NCBI GenBank assembly: GCA_963833985.1
Contig: CAWIAD010000002.1
Location: 2,880,001 to 2,944,000 of the forward strand
DNA: 64,000 nt
Reading direction: 5' to 3'
Source: an uncultured Planctomycetaceae bacterium
GTDB taxonomy: Bacteria > Planctomycetota > Planctomycetia > Isosphaerales > Isosphaeraceae
The translations under genes were made by a program, and so were the position numbers. The notes beneath the pieces are model-generated. The model worked only from the letters and a program-made list of their open reading frames with translations, searched no databases and was not told the origin of the DNA. This document shows positions 41,082-52,500 of the stretch, one piece after another. The first letter of the stretch is position 1. Every line of letters begins with the position of its first letter.

Positions 41082-41536
41082 CGCTTACGCGCCGAAGCCT
41101 GACGCATCGGATCCGAACTCGAGACAGACCAGCACACGCCGCGCGGCGCCACGCGATGATCCGGCTTTGGTGCTTTCTTTTGTCCGCCAGGTTCTGGTAG
41201 ACTCATTCATCTCCAGGTCCACAGTTCGGTCCGGCAGGAGAATCATGCGCCCTTCATCTTCACCGGTGTCAGAGCATGAGACCTATCTCAGGCTCTTCAT
41301 CACCAACGCCGGCGGCTGGTAGCATCGTCGTCGCGCTGTGCCTGTCGCTTTTCCGCCCGGGGCAGCCCGGTTCCTGGGCAGTTTGATCCAACCGTCACGG
41401 GCCTCTCGATTTTGTGAGTCGAGAACCCGGCACAACTCCCGCTGAGTAAAGCGTGCGTGGATCATTCCAGCGCAGATCGCGCGCCCGCGCTGCGACATGT
41501 CGCCGCTACCCATCACCATTCGCCACGGAGGCCTGC

Positions 41537-43252
41537 ATGCACAAGGTCGCAGGTGATTCAACCGTTCTCCCAAGGCCATTCAGCCGTTCCGCCATTCGGA
41601 TGAGCATGATTGTCACGGTGGTTCTCGCCACCCTGGTGGCAGCGTTCGGGGTCTGGATTGGGTGGTATTTTCAAGCACGCGATGAAGCTCACGGCGACTC
41701 TCTTCCTGCAAGGGCCGACACGGCCGACGATAGCGCCGGACCGGTAGCGGCTTCCTTGACAGATGATGATCTGACGGTCCGACTGACCGAGGATCAGGAA
41801 AGGGCTATCGGTTTGCGCACTGCATTGGTGAAGACCAGTGATGTCCATGATGTCTCGTTCGCACCGGGACAGATCGCACCCAATGAGTTGCAATATGCTT
41901 ACATCACGCCTAGAGCTGCGGGCGTTGTCCGCTCCGTGACGGCACAGGTCGGCCAGGACGTGAAAGCCGGTGATTTGCTGGCGACGATCGACAGTCCCGA
42001 GGTCGGACGAGCACGGCTCGAGCTCTACACCATGCTTCAATCTCTGGAAGTCGCTCGCGCCCAGGCGGACTGGGAAGTCACAATTTACAACAACACCCGC
42101 GATCTGCTGGAACGAATCCATCGCGGTGAAACCCCAGATCACATACACACAGCTTTCAAGGACCGCGCGCTCGGTGAGAACCGGGAACGCATGATGACGG
42201 CCTATGCTCAGTATCGCCTCGCCGTGGCCACGATCGAGCGGAATCGCGAGCTGCACGCGCAGCAACTGATCACCACCAAGCAATTCGAGAAGGTCAACGC
42301 CGATTTTGAGGTGGCCCAGGCGACATACCAGAGTCTGATGGATCAGATGGGATACCAGGCCAGGCTGGCGAACACACGGGCTCACCAGGCACTCAAGCAA
42401 GCCGAAACTTCCGTCCGCGCGGCAAGGGAACGGCTGCGGATCCTGGGAGTTAAACCTGACGGCACCGAACCGGAGGTCGCCGCGGGCAAGGTCCTAGGGG
42501 TCAAGCCCGACGGCACGCTTCCCGCGTCAAGCCAGGAAGACCCGACCGCCGAGAGACCAGAGAAGATACTGCCCGACGGGGCGGAACAGAACGTGGCCGT
42601 CAAGCCGGTCGGCGCCGGGCCCGACCAGCCGGCGAAGCCCAAGGAGGCTCCCGTGAGCACCTACTCGATCTGGGCACCCTTCGACGGCACGATACTCGAA
42701 CGAGAGATGATTGTGCCGGGTGTCGCCGTGGACACGACGCACCGCATCTTCACCATGGCTAACCTGGCTTCGGTCTGGGTGGAGGTCAGCGTTCACGAGA
42801 GCCATTTCAACCTGCTGGCACGCAGCCGGGGTGGCCAGATCCGGTTTCACACAGCGGCTTACCCCGGGCAAGAATTTGACGGTGACGTGATCTATTCCGG
42901 CGACGTGGTTGATGAGAAGAGTCGCACAGTGAAGCTGCTGGCCAGGGCTCAGAATCCCGGCCGGCTGCTCAAGCCGGGGATGTTCGTGGACGTGCAGGTT
43001 TTCAGCCCCCGGACCCAGCCCGCCGCCCTGGTCCCGACCGCGGCAGTCCTGACCCAGGGCAGCCGCTCGTTCGTCTACGTGCGGACCGGGCCCGCCACCT
43101 TCAGGCGGCGCGACATCGAAGTCGAGACGCGTCCGGGCGATACGGCCGTCGTCCGCGCCGGCCTCCAGCCCGGTGAAGAAGTCGTTGTCGAGGGAAGCTC
43201 CAAGCTCAAATCGCTGACCATCCAGCTTGTGAGCGCCGAGCGTCAGGATTGA
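41537..43252 (+). CDS. Heavy-metal RND efflux periplasmic adaptor (CzcB-like)
   Basis: GGAGG RBS; N-terminal TM; GQDVKAGDLLATIDSPE, IWAPFDGTI, VDEKSRTVK, NPGRLLKPGMFV. Confidence 0.9.
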   Translation: MHKVAGDSTVLPRPFSRSAIRMSMIVTVVLATLVAAFGVWIGWYFQARDEAHGDSLPARADTADDSAGPVAASLTDDDLTVRLTEDQERAIGLRTALVKTSDVHDVSFAPGQIAPNELQYAYITPRAAGVVRSVTAQVGQDVKAGDLLATIDSPEVGRARLELYTMLQSLEVARAQADWEVTIYNNTRDLLERIHRGETPDHIHTAFKDRALGENRERMMTAYAQYRLAVATIERNRELHAQQLITTKQFEKVNADFEVAQATYQSLMDQMGYQARLANTRAHQALKQAETSVRAARERLRILGVKPDGTEPEVAAGKVLGVKPDGTLPASSQEDPTAERPEKILPDGAEQNVAVKPVGAGPDQPAKPKEAPVSTYSIWAPFDGTILEREMIVPGVAVDTTHRIFTMANLASVWVEVSVHESHFNLLARSRGGQIRFHTAAYPGQEFDGDVIYSGDVVDEKSRTVKLLARAQNPGRLLKPGMFVDVQVFSPRTQPAALVPTAAVLTQGSRSFVYVRTGPATFRRRDIEVETRPGDTAVVRAGLQPGEEVVVEGSSKLKSLTIQLVSAERQD

Positions 43253-43286
43253 CAGCCATCGTCCCAGGGATGCCGGGAGCCCGCTC

Positions 43287-46200
43287 ATGTTTCAGACCGT
43301 CATCAGCGAGTCGCTGGAGCAGCGTGGACTTGTTGCCCTGGTCTTGCTGGGGCTTGTTGCCTCAGGATTCTATTCACTCGTGAACTTGCCCATCGACGCC
43401 GTGCCGGACATCACCAATGTCCAGGTCATGGCGCTGACCAGCGCTCCGGCGCTGGGGCCGGAGGAAGTGGAGCAATTCATCACGATCCCGGTGGAAAACG
43501 CGATGAACGGCATCCCGCGGATCAAGGAGGTTCGATCGTTCTCGCAATTCGGGATGTCCGGCGTCACGATCATCTTCGAGAACGGCACCGACATCTACTG
43601 GGCGCGCCAGCAGGTGGGGGAGCGGCTCGACCAGGTACGAGCCGGTATCCCCCCCGAATTCGGCCAGCCCGAGATGGGGCCGATTGCCACCGGACTGGGG
43701 GAGGTGTATCAGTTCGAGGTTCGCAACGCCGAGGACAGCCCCGCCCCACGCTCGCTCATGGAACTGCGGACGATCCTCGACTGGGAGGTGACCCGGCGCC
43801 TCAAGAGTGTGCCCGGAGTGGTGGAGGTCAACCCGCTGGGTGGCGAATTGAAGACGTACGAGGTCGAGCTTGATCCCCACCGGCTCCAAGCCCGTGGTAT
43901 TGCACTGAATCAGGTATATGAGGCGATCCGCCGCAATAATGCGAATGCCGGAGGCGGCTACATTCAGCGCAATGGCGAGTTGCGCGTGATCCGGGGGGTG
44001 GGGTTGATCGACAGCCTCGAGAAGCTTGAGAAGGTGGTCCTGTCGACGACCGCGAACGGGACACCCATCTACGTACGGGACGTGGCCACGGTTCGTTATG
44101 CGCCGATGATACGCCAGGGAGCCGCCACGCGCGACGGCCGCGGTGAGGCCGTCACCGCGATCGCTTACTTGCTTGCCGGCGAGAATGGCCGGATCGTTGT
44201 CGACCGCGTGAAGGCCAAGGTCCAGGAGATCCAGAAGTCGCTTCCAGAGGGCGTGGTCATCGATGCCTATTACGACCGCACCAGGCTGATCGACAAGACG
44301 ATCCGCACGGTCGCGCACAACTTGATCGAAGGAGGCTTCCTGGTCCTGGCTGTGCTGCTGATCCTGCTGGGCAACCTGCGGGCCGGATTGATCGTGGCGT
44401 CGGCGATCCCATTGTCGATGCTTTTCGCGGGCAACCTGATGCTCGCGTTCGGTATCGCCGGCAGCCTGATGAGCCTGGGAGCCATCGATTTCGGCCTGGT
44501 CGTGGATAGTGCCGTGATCGTGATCGAGAACTGCGTCAGCCACCTGGCGCACGCTTCGCCAGAGTCGAACGCCCCTCAGGTCATTCGCCGTGCCACGCTC
44601 GAGGTTCGTCGCCCCGTCATCTTCGGCGTGGCCATCATCACCATGGTGCACTTGCCAATCCTGGCCCTGGAGGGCGTTGAGGGGAAGATGTTCCGGCCGA
44701 TGGCCGCGACGGTGATCTTCGCGTTGAGCGGTTCACTCGTACTGTCGCTGACGGCCATCCCGGTGCTGGCCTCGTTCTTTCTCAAGCCGGGTCTTTCGGA
44801 ACGCGACACCCTTCCTGTTCGATGGGCCAAGCGCGCTTACAAACCCGTTCTGGAGTGGGCGATCCTGCATCCGCAGGTTGTGGCGGTGGCGTCGCTCGCG
44901 GGTTTTGCCGCTTGCGTTCCGCTGGCGCTCGGCCTGGGAGGCGAGTTCATTCCTCAGCTCGACGAGGGCGATCTGGTCATCGTCCAGGTGCGGCCGCCGA
45001 GCAGCTCGCTCCAGGAGGCCATCGCCGATTCCACGCGCCTCGAAGCCGCGCTGCGCCAGGAGCTGCCGGACGAGATCCGTACGATCGTCAGCAGGATCGG
45101 CCGCCCCGAGATCGGCCTGGAACCGGCGGGAGTGAACCTCACCGACACGTGGGTGCTGCTCAACGAGCGCGAGCAGTGGAAGCGTGCCCACGACAGGGAC
45201 GAACTCATCGACAAGATCAACGCGGTGTGCCAGCGAGTCATCCCGGGCACGTTCTGGAGTTTCAGCCAACCCATTGAATTGCGGTTCAACGAACTCCTCT
45301 CCGGCGTGCGCGCAGACGTGGGGATTGGAGTCTACGGGGACGACCTGGAAGTGCTTCAGCAGAAGGCTGATGCCATTGCGAAAGTCGTCCGGTCGGTTCC
45401 CGGCGCCACGGGGGTCAAGGCGCAGGTTCTCGGCGGCCTGCCGTTCCTTCGCATCGAGGTCGACAGGGACCGGATCGCTCGATACGGAATCAACGCAGGC
45501 GACGTCCTCGACGCTGTCGCGGCTCTGGGAGGCAAGACCGTTGGCCAGGTCGTCGAGGGCCAGCGGCGGTTCGCCATCCAGGTGCGCTTCGGGACTCGCT
45601 ACCGCAACGACATCGAGACGATTCGCACGCTCAAGATCGTCGATCCTCAAGGCCGGATGATCCCGATTGAAGATCTGGCCGACATCCAGCTTGAAGAGGA
45701 CACTTACGAGATCTGGCGGAAGGATCGCCATCGGCGAATCATGGTGCAGGCGAACGTCCGGGGACGCGACCTTGCCGGCTTCGTCGCGGAGTTGCAGCGA
45801 CGCGTGGCTCAGGAAGTGCCCTTGCCGCGAAATTATGAGTTGAAGTGGGGCGGTACATTCGAGAACTTGCAATCCGCCGCGCATCGTCTCCTGCTTGTCG
45901 TCCCTCTGGCACTCATGTTGATCTTCTTGTTACTTTACTCCACGTTCCATTCGATCAGTCTCGCAGTGCTCATCTTCCTCTCGGTCCCCCTGGGCGCGAT
46001 CGGAGGCATCCTCGCTCTCTGGGTTCGTGGTCTGGACTTCAGCATCTCGGCCGGAGTTGGCTTCATCGCGCTCTCGGGAGTTGCGGTGCTTGATGGACTG
46101 GTGCTGGTCTCGGCCATCCGGCAGCTGATGTTAAGAGGGATGCCCGTCGACCGGTCGGTTTCTGAAGCCTCCACGGCGCGTCTCAGGCCAATCCTGATGA

Positions 46201-46409
46201 CCGGGCTGGTTGCCAGCCTGGGGTTCGTCCCCATGGCCTTTTCCTCGGGCGCTGGCGCGGAAGTTCAGCGTCCCCTGGCCACGGTTGTCATTGGCGGCCT
46301 GCTCACGAGCATGATTCTTAAATTGATCGTCCTGCCGGCGGTGTACCGCTGGTTCGACCCGGGACCTCCGTTGCCGACGAGCCGGGCGGTCGATGAGGCG
46401 GCCGCATAG
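43287..46409 (+). CDS. czcA: CusA/CzcA family heavy-metal RND permease
   Basis: LPIDAVPDITNVQV; TM4 SLGAIDFGLVVDSAVIVIEN; GVEGKMFRPMA; RLRPILMT; GAEVQRPLATVVIGG. Confidence 0.93.
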   Translation: MFQTVISESLEQRGLVALVLLGLVASGFYSLVNLPIDAVPDITNVQVMALTSAPALGPEEVEQFITIPVENAMNGIPRIKEVRSFSQFGMSGVTIIFENGTDIYWARQQVGERLDQVRAGIPPEFGQPEMGPIATGLGEVYQFEVRNAEDSPAPRSLMELRTILDWEVTRRLKSVPGVVEVNPLGGELKTYEVELDPHRLQARGIALNQVYEAIRRNNANAGGGYIQRNGELRVIRGVGLIDSLEKLEKVVLSTTANGTPIYVRDVATVRYAPMIRQGAATRDGRGEAVTAIAYLLAGENGRIVVDRVKAKVQEIQKSLPEGVVIDAYYDRTRLIDKTIRTVAHNLIEGGFLVLAVLLILLGNLRAGLIVASAIPLSMLFAGNLMLAFGIAGSLMSLGAIDFGLVVDSAVIVIENCVSHLAHASPESNAPQVIRRATLEVRRPVIFGVAIITMVHLPILALEGVEGKMFRPMAATVIFALSGSLVLSLTAIPVLASFFLKPGLSERDTLPVRWAKRAYKPVLEWAILHPQVVAVASLAGFAACVPLALGLGGEFIPQLDEGDLVIVQVRPPSSSLQEAIADSTRLEAALRQELPDEIRTIVSRIGRPEIGLEPAGVNLTDTWVLLNEREQWKRAHDRDELIDKINAVCQRVIPGTFWSFSQPIELRFNELLSGVRADVGIGVYGDDLEVLQQKADAIAKVVRSVPGATGVKAQVLGGLPFLRIEVDRDRIARYGINAGDVLDAVAALGGKTVGQVVEGQRRFAIQVRFGTRYRNDIETIRTLKIVDPQGRMIPIEDLADIQLEEDTYEIWRKDRHRRIMVQANVRGRDLAGFVAELQRRVAQEVPLPRNYELKWGGTFENLQSAAHRLLLVVPLALMLIFLLLYSTFHSISLAVLIFLSVPLGAIGGILALWVRGLDFSISAGVGFIALSGVAVLDGLVLVSAIRQLMLRGMPVDRSVSEASTARLRPILMTGLVASLGFVPMAFSSGAGAEVQRPLATVVIGGLLTSMILKLIVLPAVYRWFDPGPPLPTSRAVDEAAA

Positions 46410-46432
46410 AGGTTCACCGGCCAGAGTGTTGT

Positions 46433-48020
46433 TCAAGGCAGCAGCCGCTGGCCAACTGTGGTATTCAGGTGAAGCATGGAGCGGCGGTGCCGGACCAGCA
46501 TGTCGCGGTACTGCCGGGCCGCCTCATTCAACTCTCGCTGGGCGTTCAGGTAGACGATCATTTCCTCCTCACCCTGGACGACCAGGCGATAGGCATCGTC
46601 GCGTACCCGGGTGGCGGGAGGCAGCAGCTTTTCCTCGATCCGCTTGACGGCCGCGCGGGTGAGAGCGTACTCGCGTTCGGCCTTGCGCACCTCGTTGGCC
46701 GCCTGCTGCTCGCGTTCGGCCAGCTCCACGGACGACTGGGCCCGGTTGATGCGGGCGCGCTCGATATTGCCCTGGTTTCGGTTGTACACCGGCAGCGGGA
46801 CGGTGACACCGAGTGCCCACGACGTCGCACTCTGCTTGTCGAATGGGGTGTTGTTCTGGAAGGTGTAGGGCTGGTAGAGCACGTAGACATCGGACATGCG
46901 GTTGGCTCGCGCCAGCTTGACCTCGGCGTCGGCCCTGCGAATTCCCAGCCGGAACGCGACGACGTCGGGCCGGCATTCAAGAGCAAGGCGGATCAGTTCG
47001 TCGACCGGCGGCGGTGGAGGAAACGAATCGTGGATCGTCCCCCGAATTTGCAACGCCTCGGCCTCGGGACCCGGAACGTTGAGCAGCACTCCGAGGTTGC
47101 GCCTGGTCTGAAGCAACGTCTCGCGCATCCATGAGCTCGACCTCGGCGGCCTCGAAGAGAGCCTCGACGCGGCTGACATCGGCCACGGTGCGGCTGCCGC
47201 CCCTGTACAACCGCTGAGTCCGGTCCAGAAGTGACGCAAGGCCTTGCCGCGCAGCCTCGGCAAAGCGGATGGTCTCCCTTGCACCGAGTACATCGCTATA
47301 GACGGTGTAAAGGTTGTCAATCTGGATTCGCACGGCATCCTGATACTGCGCTTGAAGCGTGTTCTTCGCTCGTTGCGCCACGAGCATGCGTGCGCGCCGC
47401 TTGCGCGTGACATCGAGCGGGTAGGTGATGTTGAGATCATACTGAAGCGGGCCGCCCGGCCTCCGCAACGAATAGGAGCCGTAAGGGATGAGCTGACTGT
47501 CGGCGTACAGCAGCGGATTGGCACGGAGACTGGCAGTGAGCATGTCCGCGTCGGCCTGGGGTAGCTCGAACGCTCGTGCTCGGAGGGCGAGGTTGTCATG
47601 GACGACACGCTCGATTGCCTGGTCCAGCGTCAATCCGTCGGCAGGGCCTTCGTCTTCGCGTCCTTCAGGAACCGCCAGCTTGCCGAAAAGCGGGACCTTG
47701 GCCAGCGGTAGACTCGACGGCGTGGTGATCTCTTCACGCAGGGGAACTCCCGACGTACGCTGCCCGGGCGTGGTAGCCGTGGCCGGGACACGAGGCACGG
47801 ATGGGCCCGGCCGGCCGCCGAGAAGCTCCTGTTGCCCGCCGATGCTCAGATCGCCAGTTCCGGTCAGGGCGCCGGGAGACGACAGCGAAAGCGGACGTTC
47901 CGTTCCAGGAGCCCTCGGGATCCCCGCGGGCAAAGTCGGCCCTTGCCCGAATGACTCGGCCGCCAGGCTGATGAGCAGTCCGCATAACGCGGGGCTCAAT
48001 TTCGTCGTCCTTGAAGCCAT
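46433..48020 (-). CDS. TolC/CzcC family outer membrane efflux protein (frameshift near 47124)
   Basis: GLTLDQAIE, TASLRANP, RPDVVAFR, VPLPVYNRNQGNI across two ORFs. Confidence 0.88.
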
Positions 48021-48210
48021 TCCTGACTCACCCCCTGGCTTGACCATCAGCCTTCGGCCCCGATTCCGCTTCCTGCCATGAGCGACTTGCCAATCTTACT
48101 CATCGGAGAGATTGTCGGGACATCGCCGGCTCGGTTTGAATTGTCATCTTCCAACTGCCCATACAATCGGGACAATCCGGACGGTCACAGGTAAGGCGGA
48201 ATTGACCCTT

Positions 48211-49401
48211 TCAACCGCGTTCGACCGCCGGCTCCTGATGTTCTGGCTCTTCCTTGCGAAACCAGCCTGACACCAGCACATCGGTTGATGAGTGGGCCAG
48301 GATTGAACCAACGATCACGAGCGCAATCAGGTGGAAGAGCTGGACTGAGAGCTTCAAGCCCGCCTGGAGCACCAGCAAACCCATCAGGACCGAGGCGAAA
48401 CCCTTGGGGCCGAACCATGCGGCTGCGGCGCGCTCACGCTTGCCCAGTTCACTCCGGCACAGCGCGATCGCCAGCGCGGCCGGCCGCGCCACGAAGAGGG
48501 CCAGCACCGCAAAGACATAGCCGCCCCTCGAGATCTCTCCGAGAAACTGCGGCGAGATGAGTGAGCCGAAGATCATGAGCGTCGACAGCTTCAGCAGTTC
48601 GCCCAGTAGTTCCCCGAAAAAGTGGAACGATTGCTTCAGCCTTGGCTCCACGGAGGCCACGGTCATCCCGCCGGCAAAAGCCGCCAGGTACTCGTTGGCG
48701 CCCAGCACCATGGCGCATGCGAAGACGATCAGCCCGATCGAGAACGCGTACAGAGGTTCATAGGCCGCATGTGTAGAGAACCAGGGCGTGCGCTCCATGA
48801 GGATGGCAATCCAGGGAACCAGGATGCCGATCGCCACGCCCAGGGCAACCTCGCTCAGGACTTTCCAGACGTTGAAATTCTCATGCCCGGCGAATGCCAT
48901 CAGTCCCACGACCAGAGGAAGGGCCAGCCCGTCATTCAGGCCGCTCTCGACGTTGAGCAGCCTCCGCAGGCGCTGGGGGACCTCTTCACGACCCACGATC
49001 GCCGAGGCGAAGACGGGATCGGTGGGGCTGAGCACTGCGCCTGTGAGCAGTGCTTCCGGCCAGGGGATGCCCACGGCAAAGTGGGCCGCGACGGCCGTGA
49101 AAAGAAGCGTCAAGGGCATGCCGAAGAGCAGCGCCCGTCCGGGAAGGTGCCATGCGGCCGTCAGCTCGTGGAGATTGGTGCTCATGCCGTCCGTGAAGAG
49201 CACTGTCACAAGTGCTAGCTCCGCGAAGGCGTGCACCACGGGGTGGTCGGGTTCCAGGTGGATCATACCGGCGATCCCTGGTCCCAGGACGAACCCCGCT
49301 GCCAGGAAGAGGACCGCGGTGGAGAGGATGCTGCGATGCGCGAGCTCGGAAACCAGCACGGCCACGAGCAGCACGATTCCAAAGGCCAGAACGACGACCA
49401 C
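48211..49401 (-). CDS. Cation:proton antiporter (CPA1/NhaP-like)
   Basis: Multiple TM helices; LSPTDPV, LNVESGLNDG, WFGPKG; probable GTG start after GGAG. Confidence 0.88.
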   Translation of the reverse strand: MVVVLAFGIVLLVAVLVSELAHRSILSTAVLFLAAGFVLGPGIAGMIHLEPDHPVVHAFAELALVTVLFTDGMSTNLHELTAAWHLPGRALLFGMPLTLLFTAVAAHFAVGIPWPEALLTGAVLSPTDPVFASAIVGREEVPQRLRRLLNVESGLNDGLALPLVVGLMAFAGHENFNVWKVLSEVALGVAIGILVPWIAILMERTPWFSTHAAYEPLYAFSIGLIVFACAMVLGANEYLAAFAGGMTVASVEPRLKQSFHFFGELLGELLKLSTLMIFGSLISPQFLGEISRGGYVFAVLALFVARPAALAIALCRSELGKRERAAAAWFGPKGFASVLMGLLVLQAGLKLSVQLFHLIALVIVGSILAHSSTDVLVSGWFRKEEPEHQEPAVERG

Positions 49402-49697
49402 CTGGGGCAGCTCCGTTCTCGGTGGCGATGTTCCGTGTTGCTTGCCGCGTCTCGCGTGTCCGGATCGGTGTCGTGATCTAGCCACGGACACGACGCTCGT
49501 GGCAAGCCCTTCGATCCCAGCGCCGCGGGCCGGCTCCATCTGAAAAAATGAAGGCAATCCCGGTGCCGGCCTCGTCGAGAACCTCGAAAACCACCGTCCG
49601 TCAAGTCGCGGCCCAAGATGTGCCCGGGTCATTGGCGGAGGCTCGCCGCGCTGCTAGGATGAGAGAGTCTGTTCATGAACTGCGAAGGAGGCAGCCC

Positions 49698-50132
49698 TTG
49701 ACCCTTGAGAGCTACAACGACCGCGGCCTGCACTTCGAGTACCCGTCGACCTGGGAGCTGGAGGTGACCAATCATGACCAGGTGACGACCGTGGCCGTGC
49801 AGGATCCCGGCGGCCTCGGCTTCGCGCTGATCACCACCGACGAATCCCGTCCCGACCCGGCCGAGGTGGCCGACGCGGCACTGGAGGCCATGCGCGAAGA
49901 ATATCCCGATCTTGACGCTTCCCCGGCCATGGAGACGATCAACGAGCGGGTCGCCACGGGCCACGACGTCGAATTCTTCGCCATGGACATGACCAACGCG
50001 GCGAGCATCCGCTGCTTTCGCACCCCTCATCGCACCGTCCTGGTGTTCGGACAGTGGTCCGATATCGGCGAGGCCGACCTTCCCGACCTGATCCGCGGCG
50101 TCTTCCGGTCGATCGAAGACACACAAGCGTAA
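49698..50132 (+). CDS. Hypothetical protein (PsbP/DcrB-like N-terminal motif)
   Basis: AAGGAGG RBS then TTG; GLHFEYPSTW motif; strong coding bias. Confidence 0.7.
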   Translation: MTLESYNDRGLHFEYPSTWELEVTNHDQVTTVAVQDPGGLGFALITTDESRPDPAEVADAALEAMREEYPDLDASPAMETINERVATGHDVEFFAMDMTNAASIRCFRTPHRTVLVFGQWSDIGEADLPDLIRGVFRSIEDTQA

Positions 50133-50300
50133 GCGCTGGATTTCACCTCAGCTCCGGCTATTTCGCTGCAACGCGATTCCCAGGCGCATCCCGTCGTCCC
50201 CGGCCGAGAGCGGCGCTGATCGTCCGCACTTGCCGGCCCCGCGAGGTCGAAATGAGTTGCAGACTCGACCGGAGCCAATTCCGACCGCAAGGATGGGGTC

Positions 50301-52309
50301 ATGCGACTGACGCTCGTTCCACTGCAAGCCGGCGTCACGATTCTTCTGACTTTGCTCGCCCTCGCGCCTGCGCAAGCCGAACGAACCGCGGCTTCCCGGG
50401 GCGTCGCCTTTCAGCTCTACGATTCCGGCCGCTACGGCGACGCCATCCCCGCGCTGGACGCCGTGCTGGCAAAGCACCCGCGCGATCTGGAAGCTCTGAT
50501 CAAGCGGGGGAACTGTTACCTTCGGATCAACCAGCCGGAGCGCGCGCTGCCGGATTTCGATCGGATGATTCACTACAGCCCCCGGCTCCCAGGCGGCCAT
50601 ACCGGCCGCGGCATCGCCCTCTTGATGCTCGGCCGCAATGAGGACGCGCTGGACAGTTTCCAGCGGGCGACCCAGGTCTGGGCCGGCCCCGCGGATTCCG
50701 GGTTCGATCTCATCCCCGGGCTTTTCTCGGTCCCCAACACGGCGGGCAGCCTGTCGGGTAAGAAATCATTGCTGATCACGCAGGGGCATGCCACCGCCTA
50801 CAGTGGTCTTGGCCAGGCGCATCATCGCTTGGCCCATGACGAGCAGGCGATCGCCGCCTACAACCAGGCGATCGAGATCTACGCATCAGATCCCAATGCC
50901 TTCGTCGGCAGGGCCGATTGCTGGGCCGCGCTGGGAGATCATGACCAGGCACTGGCTGACTATGGCGAGGCGCTGCGACTGAACCCCAATCACTCCCGCG
51001 CCTTCTCCAGACGGGGCAGGCTGTACGAGGCGCTGGGGCAGTACGCCCGGGCCGAGGCCGACTACGACCGCGCCATCCGTTTCGATCCCGGCTTCACCGA
51101 CGCCCTGCGAATGCGCGCGGCCCTGCTGTCGCGGCTGGGGCGCAACGACAGCGCGATCCAGGACGTTGAGGCCGCCAACCGGCTCCGTCCCGAAGACCCG
51201 GGCTTGCTCAAGGATCGGGGCGGCGTGCTCGTCCGTCTCGGCAAGTACCAGGAGGCGGTCACAGCACTCGATCGGGCCATTGCGCTGGACCCCAACCGCG
51301 CGGCCTCCTACCTCAACCGCGGCGCGGCGTACAACAGCCTGGGCCAGTACGAGCGCGCCATAGACGACCTGAACAAGGCGCTGGAGCTCGACCCCAAGAA
51401 CCCAGGAGCCCACACGAACATCGGGCTGGCCTACTTCATGATCGGGCAATACGAGCGCGCGATCGAGGACCTGAGCGAGGCGGTGCGGCTGGCGCCGAAG
51501 AACGCGATCGTGCACCTGAACCGGGGCAATGTCTACGCTCGCCTTGGGTTCCGGGAGCAGGCCTCGAACGATTACGAGGTTGCCGGCACGATCGACCCGA
51601 GACTCATCGCCTATTACGGAGGTGCGGCCAGGCTGCTCGACGGCATGGGCCGGAACACCCTGGCGGTCCGGGACGATAAGAAGATGGCGCTGCGGACCGA
51701 GCCCGCCGACCTGTCCGCACAGCTCGAGCAAGGAAACCTCTTGCGCGAGCGCGGCGACTGGAAAGGGGCGCTCGCCCAGTTCGATCGCGTCATCGGCCGC
51801 GCCCGGACCGCGCCGATGCCTATGTGGCACGCGGCTGGGCCAGGCTCTGCGCCGGACAGCCCGGAGCGCTGGCCGACGCCCGTTCTTATCTCAAGCTCAA
51901 GGGCTGGCGCGATCGGCTCTCGCTGTACATGGCCCTGCTGGGCTACCTGGGTGCGCGCCAGGAGCACCGGGAAGACGACGCGATCGGCTTCCTTGATGAA
52001 GCCCTCCAGGCCACGGCCGAGCCGGCCTGGCCCTTGCCGGTCCTGCGCTTCCTGCGGCACCAGATCACCGCGGACGGCCTGCTCAGGGCGGCCGGCAGCG
52101 ACACGCAAAAGACCGAGGCCCATACGTACCTGGCCCTGGAGCTGATCCATCGCGGCGAGACCCGCAAGGCGCGTGAGCACCTGATCTGGGTGCGTGACCA
52201 CGGCGCTCTGCGCACGATCGCCAGCGACCTGGCAAAGGCCGCGCTCGACCGCCTGGACCATCCGCCGGAAGCCCTCTCGCGCCTGATCGACACGATGCTG
52301 GACCGCTAG
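50301..52309 (+). CDS. Secreted tetratricopeptide repeat protein (frameshift near 51800)
   Basis: Many TPRs (YLNRGAAYNSLGQYERAIDDLNKALELDP); adding one C at gccc joins the two ORFs. Confidence 0.9.
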
Positions 52310-52388
52310 AGCGGATTTCACTCGGATCGCAGACTGCCCCCTTCCAAAACTCAGGAACTGCCTTCAACCGGTCAGAAAACCGCCCTGA
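52306..52388. mobile_element. Shorter copy of the 40602 MITE-like element lacking the internal REP-like doublet
   Basis: Shares tttcactcggatcgcagactg and the 3' arm ending gtcagaaaaccgccc; its CTAG end overlaps the TPR gene stop codon. Confidence 0.75.
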
Positions 52389-52427
52389 GCTAGGGCGGCA
52401 AGCTAAATAGATCCTCGCCTCTTGGAA

Positions 52428-52481
52428 TGTGGGCCAGCCGCCCTCGGCTGGCTCAGGACGGCCGAGGGCGGCCGTTCCACA
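52428..52481. repeat. Inverted REP-like doublet between convergent genes
   Basis: tgtgggccagccgccctcggctggc paired with gacggccgagggcggccgttccaca. Confidence 0.6.
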
Positions 52482-52500
52482 CTTTCCCTCTTACGGGGAG

